Positions 1 to 12,450 of a stretch of DNA of 64,000 bases are shown here, piece after piece (the stretch's first letter is position 1; every line of letters starts with the position of its first letter). Location: contig OZ360223.1 in NCBI GenBank assembly GCA_977017645.1, positions 29,140,001 through 29,204,000 of the forward strand, given 5' to 3'. The notes beneath the pieces were generated by a model that saw nothing but the letters and a program-made list of their open reading frames with translations, was not told the origin of the DNA and ran no database searches. This DNA is from Torpedo marmorata. Lineage: Eukaryota. Both the position numbers and the translations under genes were made by a program.

Positions 1-495
1 GATTCTAATCCACCTACTTTGACTCAATGGTTCTCTCAAACTATGTCATGTTTAAGTTTAGAGAAAGTTAGGAGTCGTACATTTGATACTTCTGTTAAAT
101 TTGAAGAGACTTGGCGACCTTTTATAAATTATTTCCACATGACCTAGTTAGTATAATTATTTTCCCTTCCGGACTATATTTAATTTTATTTTCTTTCTCT
201 TGGTTGGTGAAGACCAGACGATTAATTTTATTAATAAATTCTCAGGATAGGCTGCCCAGTATTTTTTTTGTTTTTTTTAGATTAGGTGGGGTTTTATATA
301 ATTTAAAAAAAACTTTTTTTGGGAAGATTTCAGTTTGAGGAGTTGAGAACATATTCGTTAATTGTGGTGTAATGCAATATGTTATATCATATGATGTCAT
401 ATAGTGATTTTTTTTCCTTCTTCTTGATTATGTACTCTTACTCTCATGTATTGTTTACCTATAATATGCTTAATAAAAAGATTGAAAAAGAAAGA
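1..495 (+). mobile_element. 3' end of an L1-clade LINE (ORF2 C-terminus, 3' UTR, A-rich tail)
   Basis: Frame 1 from base 1 reads DSNPPTLTQWFSQTMSCLSLEKVRSRTFDTSVKFEETWRPF, typical of an L1 ORF2 C-terminus; AATAAA and A-rich tail at ~471-495. Confidence 0.7.
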
Positions 496-639
496 ATATT
501 ATGTGACAATAAAAGGAACCTTAAACCCATCAACCTGCACATTTTTTGGGTTGTGGAAAAAAACTGGAGCACATGGAGGAAAACCACGTGATCAGAAAGT
601 ATGCAAACTCTACAAAAATAATGGAACTCTTATTCAAGG

Positions 640-3600
640 ATATTTATTTTTAATATCAGTACAACTTCAAGATAAGATTAAACAGGTGGATTACAAAGAT
701 AGAATATTATCAGACCATTCACCCTTGTTAATGACAATTATAATGACAGATAAAGAAGAATCAGTTTATAGATGGAGATTTAATTCAATGTTGTTAAAAA
801 GACCAGACTTTTGTGATTTTATTAGAAAACAAATTCAATTTTTCTTTGAAACAAATTCTAATTCGGTTAACAATAAATTTATTTTATGGGACACGGTGAA
901 AGCTTATTTAAGAGGACAAATTATGTTATACTTCGAAAATTAAGAAGGAATATATGAAGGAGTCAGAGCAACTGGAGAAAGACAACACATTTAGAGAAGG
1001 ATTTACAAAAACGGATCTCAGGAGAAACGTAGGAGGCTTATTAGTAAGAAACTTTAATACAATACATTGCAAAACATAGAACAGAAAAAACAATAATGCG
1101 AACTAAACAGATACTATGAATTAGGTGAAAGCTTAAAGTTCTTGCTTGGCAATTGAAAGCAGAGCAAACTTCAAGAATAATTAATGCAATAAAAACATGC
1201 AAATGTGATTACTTATAAACCTCAAGAAATTAATGCAGATTTAATTTTTTTTTAATTCTAAGATATCAATCTGATGATAATAAGATAGAAAGTTTTTATC
1301 ACAAATAAATTTACCATGGTTAAGTTTGGAAGAACAAACGGGGTTGGATGCCCCATTTACATCAAAAGAGGTGTGTGAAGCGTTGAGCTCATTACAAAGT
1401 AATAAATCCCCTGGAGAGGATGGTTTTCCGCCTGAATTTTATAAAAAATTTAAAGATCTGTTGATTCCTCCATTTATGGAGGTAGTGCAACAAGCGGTGG
1501 AGACACACATTCTCCCGGAATCCTTTTCTACAGCAATATTAACAGTAATACCAAAAAAAGTCAGATACCCTTTAAAAATGGCATCGTATAGACCTATTTC
1601 GTTATTAAATGCAGATTATAAGATAATAGCAAAAAATGTATTAAAAAGACTGACAGAATATTTACCAAAATTGATAAATATGGATCAAACAGGATTTGTA
1701 CAAAAAAGACAATCTGCAGATAATGTAACTAGACTACTCAGTATAATACATTTAGCACAGAAAAGGGGAGATTTAAGTGTAACAGTGGCTCTGGATGCCG
1801 AGAAGGCATTTGATAGATTAGAATGGGATTTTTTATTTAAGGTGTTGGAAAAATATGGGATGGGACAGATATTTGTAAAATGGATTAAAGCTTTGTATAA
1901 TGAACCTAGAGCTAGAGTGGTAACAAATGGACAGGTCTCTGCACCATTTCCATTAACAAGATCGAGTTGACAAGGTTGCCCATTATCACTAGCTTTATTT
2001 ATTTTATCAATAGAACCACTTGCAGAATTAATACGGTCAGATCCAGAGATTAAAGGATTTAAAGTTAACCGAGAAGAATACAAAATTAATTTATTTGCTG
2101 ATAATGTTTTAATTTATTTGACAGAACCAATAAGTTCATTACGTAAATTATATTTAAGACTTGAAGAATATGGGAAAGTATCGGGTTATAAAATAAACTG
2201 GGATAAGAGTGAAATTATGCCTCTTACTACAGGAGATTATACTCCGTGTCATAGAGAAACTCAAATTAAATGGCCAACGAATGGTATAAAATACTTAGGT
2301 ATACGGGTAAATAATGATTTTAAAAATTAATATAAATTACTTACCTTTATTGAAGAAAATTGGAGAAGATCTTAATAAATGGATGACATTACCAATAACT
2401 TTGCTGGGTAGAGTTAATTGTGTTAAAATGAATATATTTCCTAGAGTACAATACTTGTTTCAAACACTACTGATAGATACTATTACCACAAAAGTTTTTT
2501 TAAGAACTAAATATGAGAAATAAATATGGGGTATTTTTGAAAATTTGGTGTCCATAAATCCAGACATTAGGTATAAATATGTAAATGTGTTATTCCAAAT
2601 CCTAGACCTTATGCAAACACTCTCAAATTTAAATAATAAAAACGCTGTTGAAAACCTTGCGTCGAACTGTGGATTCTGAGGCAATCCATATAAATGTATT
2701 TTATAAGTAATATTATATTACTTTTGTTTTTTTCTTTTTCCTTTTGTAGATTTTAGGAAGGGGAGGGAGTAGGTAGAGGGTGGGATTAGTAATACTAAGC
2801 AAAAATTTTAATTTAAACTGTTGAAAAATGTTATAAGGGTTTGGGGGGATAAGGGAAGGGGTAGAATACACTGTAATGCAATAGTATAAAAGATTTTTTG
2901 AAGTTAATAATCTATACTATTCATGTATGTATTACTGTGTAAAAATTTAAAATAAAATATTCAAAAAAAAAGAACTAAATAAATTTATAAGGAAATTTCT
3001 TTGGAAGGGTAAAATGTCGAGGGTTTCTTTAGAAAAATTAACATGGAAATATGAGTTGGGATGTTTACAACTTCCAAATTTTAAGAATTATTATAAAGCA
3101 GCACAAATGAGATTTATAGCATCTTTTTTTGAAGAAGGAGAGAAGTCGGCATGGATTAAAATAGAATTAGATAAGATAGGAGAAAAAATACCAGAAGATT
3201 TTATATATAAATGGGAATCAAAATTAATAACAGGTGATAGAGAAACCCCTCTGTTGAAACATTTGATTAATATGTGGGAAAAAAGTAAACATTGATGATG
3301 AAATGAGGGGATCTCTATTATCAAGAATGTCTTTAATTCAAAATCGACATTCCTTTTACAATGGATAATCAACCATTAAATATTTGGTCTCGCAAAGGAA
3401 TTAAATATATAGAAGATTGTTATGAAGGTGATAAATTAATGTCATTTGAACAATTAAGAAATAAATATGGAATACAAAATAATACACTTTTTTGTTATTA
3501 TCATTTAAAAGCATATTTAAGAGAAAAGTTAGGCCCAACAATGTTATTACCGAAACCTAGTGACATTGAAATTTTGATTCAAAATAGACGTATTTAAAAA

Positions 3601-4578
3601 ATTTACTTCAGTTATGTATAATTTATTACAAAAAGGAACTTTTAAAAAATGGATTCATAGATCTAGACAAAGATGGGAGATGGATTTGAATATAAGTATT
3701 GATGAACGAAATTGGTCGGAGTTATGTCGAGATAGTATGACAAATACAATAAATGTTAGGTACAGTTTGGTTCAATATAATTTCTTACATCAATTATATA
3801 TTACACCACAGAAACTGAAAAGGTTAAAATCAGACTTATCAGATTAATGTTTTAGATGTAATCAGGAAATAGAAACTTTTTACATTCAACTTGGTCTTGC
3901 CCTAAAGTAAGATATTTTTGGACAGATTTAAAAACTTTTTTAGAGCAGATTATGAGAACTAAATTTTCACAACATCCAAAGTTGTTTTTATTAGGTAATA
4001 TTGAGGGGACAAGACCTTAATTGAAATTAAATATGTATCAAAAAGAATTCTTAAAAATTGCATTAGCAGTAGCAAAAAAATGTATAGCAGTAACTTGGAA
4101 ATCAGACTCCCATTTGGGTATGGAACGATGGAATACAGAAATGCGTAGTTGTATCCCACTTGAGAAGATTACTTATAATTTAAGAAATAAATATGATGTA
4201 TTTTTGAAAATATGGCGCCCATATTTACAAACTGTAGAAATAAACTTATAGTTTTTTCTTTTCCCTTATCAAGTGCCTCATTAATTTCCCCCTGAGAAAT
4301 ATATGAAGAAAAAAAAGTAACTACCGGTAATTAAAAACCATATGGGTAGCGACTTTTTACCATCCAGGTCACTTTATCTTTCTTCATACTTTTATTTCTT
4401 TTCCTTCTTTTCTTTCTTCTTTTCTGGGGTTTTGGTTTGGGGGAGGGGGGGAAGGGGGGCTGGGGTTTACCCATCGTGTATAAGCATTGTAATAATAATA
4501 AATTGACATCTTGTTATGTATTATATAATTATGCATGTATGGAGAAAAATTTTTAAATATTCTCAAAAAAATACAATA
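640..4578 (+). mobile_element. Degenerate 5'-truncated L1 (end of endonuclease, RT, C-terminal domain, 3' UTR)
   Basis: ORF fragments with [54 protein letters not shown] and PLEKITY motifs; many frameshifts and stops; G-rich 3' UTR. Confidence 0.9.
2514..2969 (+). mobile_element. Short L1 3' fragment nested inside the older L1
   Basis: TSD AAGAACTAAATA at 2502-2513 and 2970-2981; poly-A end; host ORF2 continues on both sides. Confidence 0.85.
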
Positions 4579-4679
4579 ATGGAGGTCTGGATTTAACTGA
4601 TCACTGATGCTGTGAGATAGCAGCTCTAATAGCTGCACCACTGTGTTATGAGGAAGTTTGGAGGAAAATCAGATAGGAA

Positions 4680-5133
4680 TTAGTATTAAGATGAAATTAA
4701 ATATGTATCAAATAGAATTTTTGCGAATTGCTTTAGCTGTTTCTAAGAAATGCATTGCTATTACATGGAAATCTGATGTAGATTTAGGGTTAGAAAGATG
4801 GCATGCAGAACTGCGTTCATGTGTACCACTTGAAAAAATTACTTATAATTTACGTAATAAATATCATTTCTTTTTGAAAATATGGAGCCCATATATAAAA
4901 ACTCGGTTTAAGGATCTGAAGATCTCTGGACATCAGATCTGACTGGTGAACCTGTGTTGCACAATAAAATTAGCTTATAGTTGTTCTTTTTTAGATTGAC
5001 ATTCTCCTTACTCTATCTTTTCGGGAGGGGAGGGAGGGGGGGGTGAAAATGTATCACATATATTTTGATAATTTTGCATTTTATACTATGTATTGTGTGA
5101 TTTAAAATTTTTAAATAAAATATTTTAAAAAAA
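4680..5133 (+). mobile_element. L1 3' fragment
   Basis: ORF KMKLNMYQIEFLRIALAVSKKCIAITWKS...PLEKITY; TSD AGATAGGAA at 4671-4679 and 5134-5142; poly-A. Confidence 0.85.
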
Positions 5134-5245
5134 AGATAGGAACAGGAAAATAGGCTGGATTGTCTGCCACCCACACAATTGCAGCTGTGGTAGCAATGTG
5201 CACCACTTGGGAAGTATTGCCAATCCTGCTGATCTTGCTCGTGAG

Positions 5246-5628
5246 CAATGTTCCCTCTAATGTTTAGTAGTCAGTGTGCGCATAAATCTTATGTTGTGCA
5301 ATTTTTTTTCCTGTGACACAAGTATGTGCGCACTGAATGCTTGTGCAAATGTAAACTTGAAATTGTTTCAAGATAATTTTGGCACAGCCTATCTCTCATG
5401 GCTAATAAAACTGTATTGGCATGTTTTAATGTAATACAAGTATGATTATCTACTTGTTTAACCGACTAACTAGTTAACAGAAACAGTTAGCTAAGAGATT
5501 ATTTTCAATAAGTATAAGTATTAATTGCTACATTATTTTAGGTAACTAACCTTTTGTGCGCACATTAATTTCCTTTGTGCGCTGGCTGCAAAACGTGTGC
5601 GCGTGCACACAGCTTAGAGGGAACAGTG
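5246..5628. mobile_element. hAT-type MITE
   Basis: TIRs CAATGTTCCCTCTAA / TTAGAGGGAACAGTG; 8-bp TSD CTCGTGAG / CTCCTGAG. Confidence 0.85.
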
Positions 5629-5737
5629 CTCCTGAGTATAGCAGCTGAACTCCACAGTGCACTTCATAGCACTTGCTGATCTTTGATGTGAAAGTCAGGT
5701 GACCAGCCCTTGCACAGGTTGATCACATAACTTCCTT

Positions 5738-6234
5738 TTTTTGGGGAATATTTTATTTGTATTAAAGCCAAACATATTATCAATAACAAAAATAATACAT
5801 CATCAAATATAATATTCGTCTGTTGACTATTATACTAAAAACAACAAAATTACAAAGGAAAACCCACCCACCCAATTCCCCCCTAAATGAAAGAAAAGAG
5901 AGGAATAGAATAAGAAAAGGTTGAAATAGAAAAGGAAAGAAGACGTTGGAGGCTCGTTGCCCACCCCGCAGGCTTAAATTACTTGGCATACTCGGATTTC
6001 TGAAGAGGAAATGGACATAGGTCCTGGAGGCAAGGGGGGGCCTGGTTATAGATTTACAGCCACGTGTTGTAAATATGGAGTCCAAATCTTTAAAAATATA
6101 TCATATCTATTTCAAAGATTATAGGTAATCTTCTCAAGGGGAACACAACTGTACATTTTCTCATTCCATCTTGTCATACCTAGATGGGAATCAGACTTCC
6201 ATGTGACCGCTATATATTTCCTGGCCAACGCCAA
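5738..6234 (-). mobile_element. L1 3' fragment, same subfamily as 24184-25588
   Basis: 16-bp TSD ATCACATAACTTCCTT at 5722-5737 and 6235-6250; reverse complement matches the 3' end of the L1 at ~25090-25588. Confidence 0.9.
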
Positions 6235-6980
6235 ATCACATAACTTCCTTGTTATGCAGTTGATGGTTATGGTTTCATACTTCTCGCATCAATTTAAAAA
6301 AAACAGCTGAGAAACAGCACCAGGGTTTCCAATGAGCAGACAAATAATTGGTGGAGGTAATGAGCAGGTCAGTATTTTGGGTCTGAACCCTTGATCAAGA
6401 CCAAGATAAAATGGGTAAAATTACTTCTCCCCACAGATGCTGTCTGGCCTGCTGAGTTTTCTCAATATTCCTGCATCTACAGCTTTTGTGTTTCTCACCA
6501 GGGTTTCCATGTCAGTCAGCTGGCAGGAAGCAAGAATTTAAAAAAATAGGAAGCAAGAATTTAAAAAAATAGGATCAGCTTCTGTCTTTATTTAATAGCA
6601 AGCTCAATTATATCTGATATTTTTGGCAATTAAATTGGCCCACAATGTTTTCACTCCCTGCCCCTGCATGCACTCCACCCAGAATCCCAGACTGAGTGTG
6701 AAATTCTGAGGATATCCAGAATATTACTCTACAAGAAGCCTCCTTCCTACCTAATAGTCTACTTGTGCTGGAAAATCTTGGTAGAGCTGGATTGCTGAAT
6801 GAATGTTAGAATGTACACAGGTGCAGAAGTAAGCCTTCACGCCTGCTGCACCACGTGTATGAAAATGGATGACATTTTGGGAAAAACCTCTGCAGGCAGA
6901 TAGGCATGAGCTCCACTTTTGACTTTTTAGGTTCAATATTTCTGTTGGACTATTAAGGTCTTTTTTTTTTAATTTTACAG

Positions 6981-7198
6981 GCTCACTGCCATTATGTAGT
7001 TGTGAAGAACTTTGTCGAGACAATGGAGGGATTAAAGCTAGAGCCTGAAATTCAGCAAGTAATCAAGAGGTTATGTGATCTTTATGCATTGACAGGCATT
7101 CTGGCCGATGCTGGAGATTTCTTATACGATGGTTATATGACTGGAAAACAACTGGATTTAGTGACTGCTTCTCAACTGGATCTTCTCTCTCTTATCCG
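6981..7198 (+). CDS. ACOX2: ACOX2 (peroxisomal acyl-CoA oxidase 2), third-last coding exon; upstream exons lie outside the window
   Basis: ttttacag acceptor, gtaatt donor; AHCHYVVVKNFVETMEGLKLEPEIQQVIKRLCDLYALTGILADAGDFLYDGY...LDLLSLIR matches the ACOX C-terminal domain; synteny with KCTD6 and PDHB. Confidence 0.9.
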
Positions 7199-7590
7199 GT
7201 AATTTCTTTATACATAAATGCAATGGGGTAAATAAAAAATATTTGAATATGCAAATTTCTTTACGTAGATCAAAAGCTGCTGTCAGTTTTAGTTCATAAC
7301 TGATGAAATGAAAGATACTAACCACAGTAGACAATGGCTTTTTAACCATAAACCACAAAGTTATATTTGAATACAAGAGCAACCTAATTTATTTTTCAGA
7401 ACATCATGCACAGTCCATCTTTGCATCACATACTATCTTTGATGATGCTGAGCAAATTGTCCTTTTTTTGTCCTTTTGGTTGATATACTATGTGGAAATA
7501 ATAAACTGGACAGTTGATATAACAGTTCAGTTCCTGAAGTTTAGAGACAGCCCACTGAAACAGTTTGGTCTAATCCAGCATGAAATGGGA

Positions 7591-7834
7591 TCTTACAGCA
7601 CCAATAGCCTGAATACGACTGGGATTGTCTGATCTTGGAAGCTAAGCAGGCACAGGACTGGTCAGTACTTGGAGGGGAGACCGCCTAGGAACACCAGGTG
7701 CTGTAGGTTTCTGTGAGGGGCGCTGGACAAAGTAACGACTCTCTGTCTGCCTTACAGTAGACAAAAATTAAAGAATTTCATGTATTATATTCTAAATGTA
7801 GTATTACGTGACAATAATGGAACCTTTACCTTTA
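7591..7834 (+). mobile_element. 5S rRNA-derived SINE (SINE3): 5S-like head at 7591-7710 plus LINE-like tail
   Basis: Head GTCTGATCTTGGAAGCTAAGCAGG...GGTCAGTACTTGGAGGGGAGACCGCCTAGGAACACCAGGTGCTGTAGGTTT aligns to 5S rRNA with many substitutions; followed by GAATTTCATG...TGACAATAA and (ACCTTT)2. Confidence 0.8.
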
Positions 7835-7895
7835 TTTGTTAATAGGCACTGTGAAGTACAGCATATCCTTTGGTTTATTTCAGTCAGAAATGTCT

Positions 7896-8069
7896 TCTTT
7901 TTATTATTTTACTTTAAGTTTAGAATAGGGGGATATAGGGGCTAGGGAGGGGAGGGTGGGAAGGGGGGGAGAAAATGTAAATCACATGTATTTTTTAAGA
8001 AATATATGCAAAATTATTTTATGTAATTTGTGATTTAAAAATTTAAATAAAATATTTTTAAAAAAAAAA
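7896..8069 (+). mobile_element. Very short L1 3' UTR insertion
   Basis: TSD AGAAATGTCT at 7886-7895 and 8070-8079; G-rich tract, AATAAA, poly-A. Confidence 0.8.
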
Positions 8070-8202
8070 AGAAATGTCTACACGTCAGCACATTTGACCT
8101 TTCCATGCACTGCTAAACTCACCAATAATCCAGCAGCCGTTCCAAAATTTACTGAGTTAGGGTCTTGAAGTGATTGCCCTTTTCATTTGCAAATTGTGCG
8201 CA

Positions 8203-8843
8203 CCCCCCCCCAAACAGCACAATGGTTTAAGTGAAACCCCCCCCCCCAAACAGCACAATGGTTTAAGTGAAACCCCCCCCCCCCCAAACAGCACAATGGT
8301 TTAAGTGAAACCCCCCCCCCAAACAGCACAATGGTTTAAGTGAAACCCCCCCCCCCCAAACAGCACAATGGTTTAAGTGAAACCCCCCCCCCAAACAGCA
8401 CAATGGTTTAAGTGAAACCCCACCCCCCCCAAACAGCACAATGGTTTAAGTGAAACCCCCCCCCAAACAGCACAATGGTGTAAGTGAAACCCCCCCCCAA
8501 ACAGCACAATGGTTTAAGTGAAACCCCCCCCCCAAACAGCACAATGGTTTAAGTGAAACCCCCCCCCAAACAGCACAATGGTTTAAGTGAAACCCCCCCC
8601 CCCCAAACAGCACAATGGTTTAAGTGAAACCCCCCCCCCCAAACAGCACAATGGTTTAAGTGAAACCCCCCCCCCCAAACAGCACAATGGTTTAAGTGAA
8701 ACCCCCCCCCCAAACAGCACAATGGTTTAAGTGAAAACCCCCCCCCCAAACAGCACAATGGTTTAAGTGAAACCCCCCCCCCAAACAGCACAATGGTTTA
8801 AGTGAAAACCCCCCCCCCAAACAGCACAATGGTTTAAGTGAAA
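8203..8843. repeat. Minisatellite, ~18 copies of AAACAGCACAATGGTTTAAGTGAAA + C(9-13), in an ACOX2 intron
   Basis: Tandem array read directly; near-invariant 25-nt core with a variable poly-C tract. Confidence 0.97.
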
Positions 8844-9288
8844 GCTGAAGATTTCACCAAGGTCAATTTAATATCCATCACCAAAAATGATCTCTGGATT
8901 GTTTCCATTTTTGGCAGAACTCTCACTGTTGTAAGAAATATCACTTGACTTCTTATTATTCCTAGTACTAAGTTTCACTGAAGAATTTCACTGCATCCAA
9001 CTATTTGTCAAAACTATCTGTTGTATGATCATTAAAGCACTGCAGAATCCAGTCTATTGAATTGCCACTATTGGCAACGGTGTCAAAAGCTGCTATGATC
9101 TAAACTTCGAATTCTAACCCTCCCATTAATCTCTCTGCCTTTCTGTTTCTTAAAAGTTGCAAGTTTGATCAAGCTTTATGAATTTGCTTTGATTTTTGTT
9201 TGGCAACACTGTAGCAAATTGCTTTGATGTGCTTTGTTAACTTGAAATGCTATACAAGTTCCTATCTTTTTTGTTAATGATGCATTAG

Positions 9289-9421
9289 GAAAGATGCGGT
9301 CTCTATCGTGGATGCTTTCGATTACCCTGACCAACAACTGAATTCTGCCATTGGTAATTATGGTGGCTATGCTTATCAACACCTCTTTGAATGGGCTCAG
9401 AAAGATCCCTCAAATACAAAG
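9289..9421 (+). CDS. ACOX2: ACOX2 penultimate coding exon
   Basis: ag/gt boundaries, phase compatible with the previous exon; KDAVSIVDAFDYPDQQLNSAIGNYGGYAYQHLFEWAQKDPSNTK. Confidence 0.92.
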
Positions 9422-10287
9422 GTATCCTCAGCTTTGTTTGATAAAGCATTTGTGTATTAGATGGTCCCACTTGGGAGATAGAATTGTTGCATCAATGGCA
9501 GCAAAATCATAGTCAATAAAAGTTTAAGTGCAAGCAGATTTCTTCCTGTTCTTATGAATCTTTAAAATGCTGCTTAGAATTGATGCTAATAGCAGGTACT
9601 GATGTTTACATCTGCTGAAAATATTGAGTAAATATTAGCACCTACTAAGTATATTCAGAAGTACTTTGTTGTTTAGGACGAGAAACAAATTTTATTTTTA
9701 CTTTGATATAATTATGAAAAAATTTAAAAGTTGTCGTGGTCTCTCAGCTTCACTAATACTGCATGCCCCTACAAAAATAATGTATATTTAATCAAATTTA
9801 TTAATGTCTTACATTATTGTACATATAATAATCTTTTAAGGAGTTAAATATTGGGGCCAAATATTGATTAAATCATTGTGTTCAAAGTTTTACATGCTGT
9901 TTTTTAAATTCCCATTCCCTAACTTTTGACTATTATGCTAGGTATTATTACCTTTGGTACAACTGGGGTGCAATAATTTGCATTCATTACTTAGCTAAAG
10001 TTAGTCTGCCATTGAATGTCCTTTCCATTGTTGAAATGTAATTTTCAGTAATCTTCATTCTTGTCTATATTGTCCTTCATGACTGTTCCTTACGCTTGTC
10101 GAGTTGTGAATAAATGCAATTTCCAATAGTGTAATGAAATCTTGCACACACTGATCTTCAAGAAAGCTTGAGAACATTTCTTAATTGTGCAGGATTAAAA
10201 TTGCTGAACAGTTCCTGTACATGGAGTACAGCACCTCAATACAGATCTTCCCTAGGTTACAAATGCCAAACTTACCCTACACATATT

Positions 10288-10521
10288 TTAAATTAGACAT
10301 ACAGCACTGTAACAGGCTAATCCGGCCCTACGAGTCCGTGCCGCCCAAATTACACCCCATTAACCTACACCCTGGTACGTTTTTGACGGGTGAGAGGAAA
10401 CCCACGCAGACTCGGGGAGAACAAACTCCTTACAGACAGCGCAGGATTCGAACCCAGCTCCGGTTCCGATCGCTGCCGCTATAAATGCGTTGCGCTAACT
10501 GCCACGCCAACCATGCTGCCC
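10288..10521 (-). mobile_element. tRNA-derived V-SINE/HE1-like SINE
   Basis: Reverse complement of the SINE at 33244-33498; box B GGTTCGAATCC and V-domain-like body. Confidence 0.8.
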
Positions 10522-11061
10522 ATATGAAGAAACTTTTGAGACTGTTGGGGTGGATGGGGATGGATTGCCAGCTGGTGAAGGTGCATTCTCCCATGAGCGA
10601 ATGGAGCATTCTGCATGTCTTCTCTCCCCCACATCCTAAGCCAGAACCATCAGGGGCTGGGTTGAGCTGAGTAGAACTGGGTGCATTGAGCAGATTTAGT
10701 TGCTCACTGATTTGGCTGATTGGTGGCCGCTTTCCCCATGCTTGCTCTCTTCTTAACGTGAGGGGATCTCTTCTTGACTATCCTGTTCGTGTGAATCCTT
10801 CTGAATAATCGAAGTGCATTGAGCTTTACTACTAGTTCATGACAGGTTTTCATTAATGCTGGAAATGTTTGTTTTTCAAACTTAAGATTTTGTATTGTTT
10901 TTGTGGTATTGTTAATTTGGTAGATGTTCAGCAATAATAAACTGATCAATACCATAAGAATAGTTTAATTTGTTGAAAGATTTGTATGTAAAAGATGATG
11001 AGTACCATTTATTCTGGTCATTATTTGAGGTAGATAATTTACTGGGTTTTTATTTCCACAG

Positions 11062-11124
11062 GTGAATCTTGCATACGAGAAATACCTGAAGCCTCACTTT
11101 CAGTCTGCAAAGTCCAAAATGTAA
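11062..11124 (+). CDS. ACOX2: ACOX2 last coding exon
   Basis: ttccacag acceptor; VNLAYEKYLKPHFQSAKSKM then TAA; C-terminal PTS1-type tripeptide SKM. Confidence 0.9.
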   Translation: MNLAYEKYLKPHFQSAKSKM

Positions 11125-11308
11125 TGCATTATTTTGGATTTGTTTTACTGATTCAAGCTTTTAACAGCAGAGACACAAGAAACAAGTTGCTTATTGTAAA
11201 TGTTAACTGCCAAATTAGTTCAGTGATTTTGTGAAAAGTTTAATTGAATTAACAATTTCCACTATTTTTTCTTCAAAGTTCAACTAACATTTATTATACC
11301 ATGTTTTC

Positions 11309-11314
11309 AATAAA
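11309..11314 (+). terminator. Candidate ACOX2 polyadenylation signal
   Basis: First AATAAA, ~185 nt after the stop codon. Confidence 0.5.
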
Positions 11315-11871
11315 TTGCTCAAGGTTTTTAAAATTATGCCTGTTACAAGATAATGTAAAATATCTGAATATTTTGCTGAATGCAGCCTTTTCATTGTTTT
11401 ATAGATCAAAGTTTTAAACAGTTAATTTCCAGAAAAATAATTGGATATTAAATGTTAAAATATCCCTCTTCTCCTGTAATTATGCTGATGAGGGAAGGTC
11501 CATTGAATTTATTGATTTGAGAAATATTGATAATCTATTTTAGATGAAATTCTAATCTGCTGAAGAATGTCTAGATCAAAATACCATGACAATATTTTCA
11601 GGAAGCATGAAATCAATACTAACAGATCACTATTAAACTTCTACAGAAATCAGTTGACAATTTTTAGTTATGTTTCAATGTAAATCATTCTTTAGATCAC
11701 AGCCTGTATAGTGTTAAAGTATATGAAATACTTATTTGGCATCTTCACTATAAGTGATGCAAATTTAATTACCAGTATTAACCAGAATGTTTTGAGAAAG
11801 GTAATGCTAACAGCATGCATTATTGCAAATCTGATGTTTAGGCTGTGTCTGATTTCAAATTATTAATAAAA

Positions 11872-12450
11872 ATACACAGTAAATGCTCGAGGAGCTCAGC
11901 CGGTCTCGCAGTGTCTTTAGGAGGTAAAGATATATTACCGATGTTTCAGGCACGAGCCCTTCTTCAAGGTATAAGCAAAAAGCAGTCAGGCGCCTCAATA
12001 AAGACAGAGAAAGGTGGAAGAATGGGAGGGGAGGAGTCCAGACCAACAAACAAAAGGTGTTAATTGGATATGATAAGAGGAAAGGTAAGAATTGATTTTG
12101 GCTCTGTGAAAGAAGACAGGGAAAAGGGAAGAGAGAGAGAGAGAGACAGAACTAGAGGAAAGGAGACAGGGGGATTAAGCTGGGGTGGGGGGTGGGGGGG
12201 TGTTTAAACAGAAACTGGAGAAGTCTATGTTAATGCCATCCGGTTGGAGGTTGCCCAGACTGAAAATGAGGTGTTGTTCCTCCAATTTGCGGGTGGTCTC
12301 AGTCTGGCAGTGCACAAGACCATGGACAGACATGTCAGCAAGGGAATGGGATGCGGAATTGAAATGGGTGGCCACTGGGAGATCCACGCTATTGCGGTGG
12401 ACAGAGCCGAGGTGCTCAACGATCTCTCAGATGTAGAGGAGACCACACTC
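11872..12450 (-). mobile_element. Penelope-like element 3' part (GIY-YIG endonuclease C-terminus plus terminal repeat)
   Basis: ORF DLPVATHFNSASHSLADMSVHGLVHCQTETTRKLEEQHLIFSLGNLQPDGINIDF; CT-rich 3' region; PLE-type terminus. Confidence 0.8.

Noticed and set aside
6526-6574. 23-bp tandem duplication GGAAGCAAGAATTTAAAAAAATA
   Set aside because: Simple local slippage or repair duplication with no further structure
7591-7710. Functional 5S rRNA gene
   Set aside because: Many substitutions in the 5' half, solitary, and continuous with a LINE-like tail; better explained as a SINE3 or pseudogene
8203-8843. CRISPR-like repeat-spacer appearance
   Set aside because: The spacers are only poly-C runs with no unique sequence, there are no cas genes, and the context is a vertebrate intron
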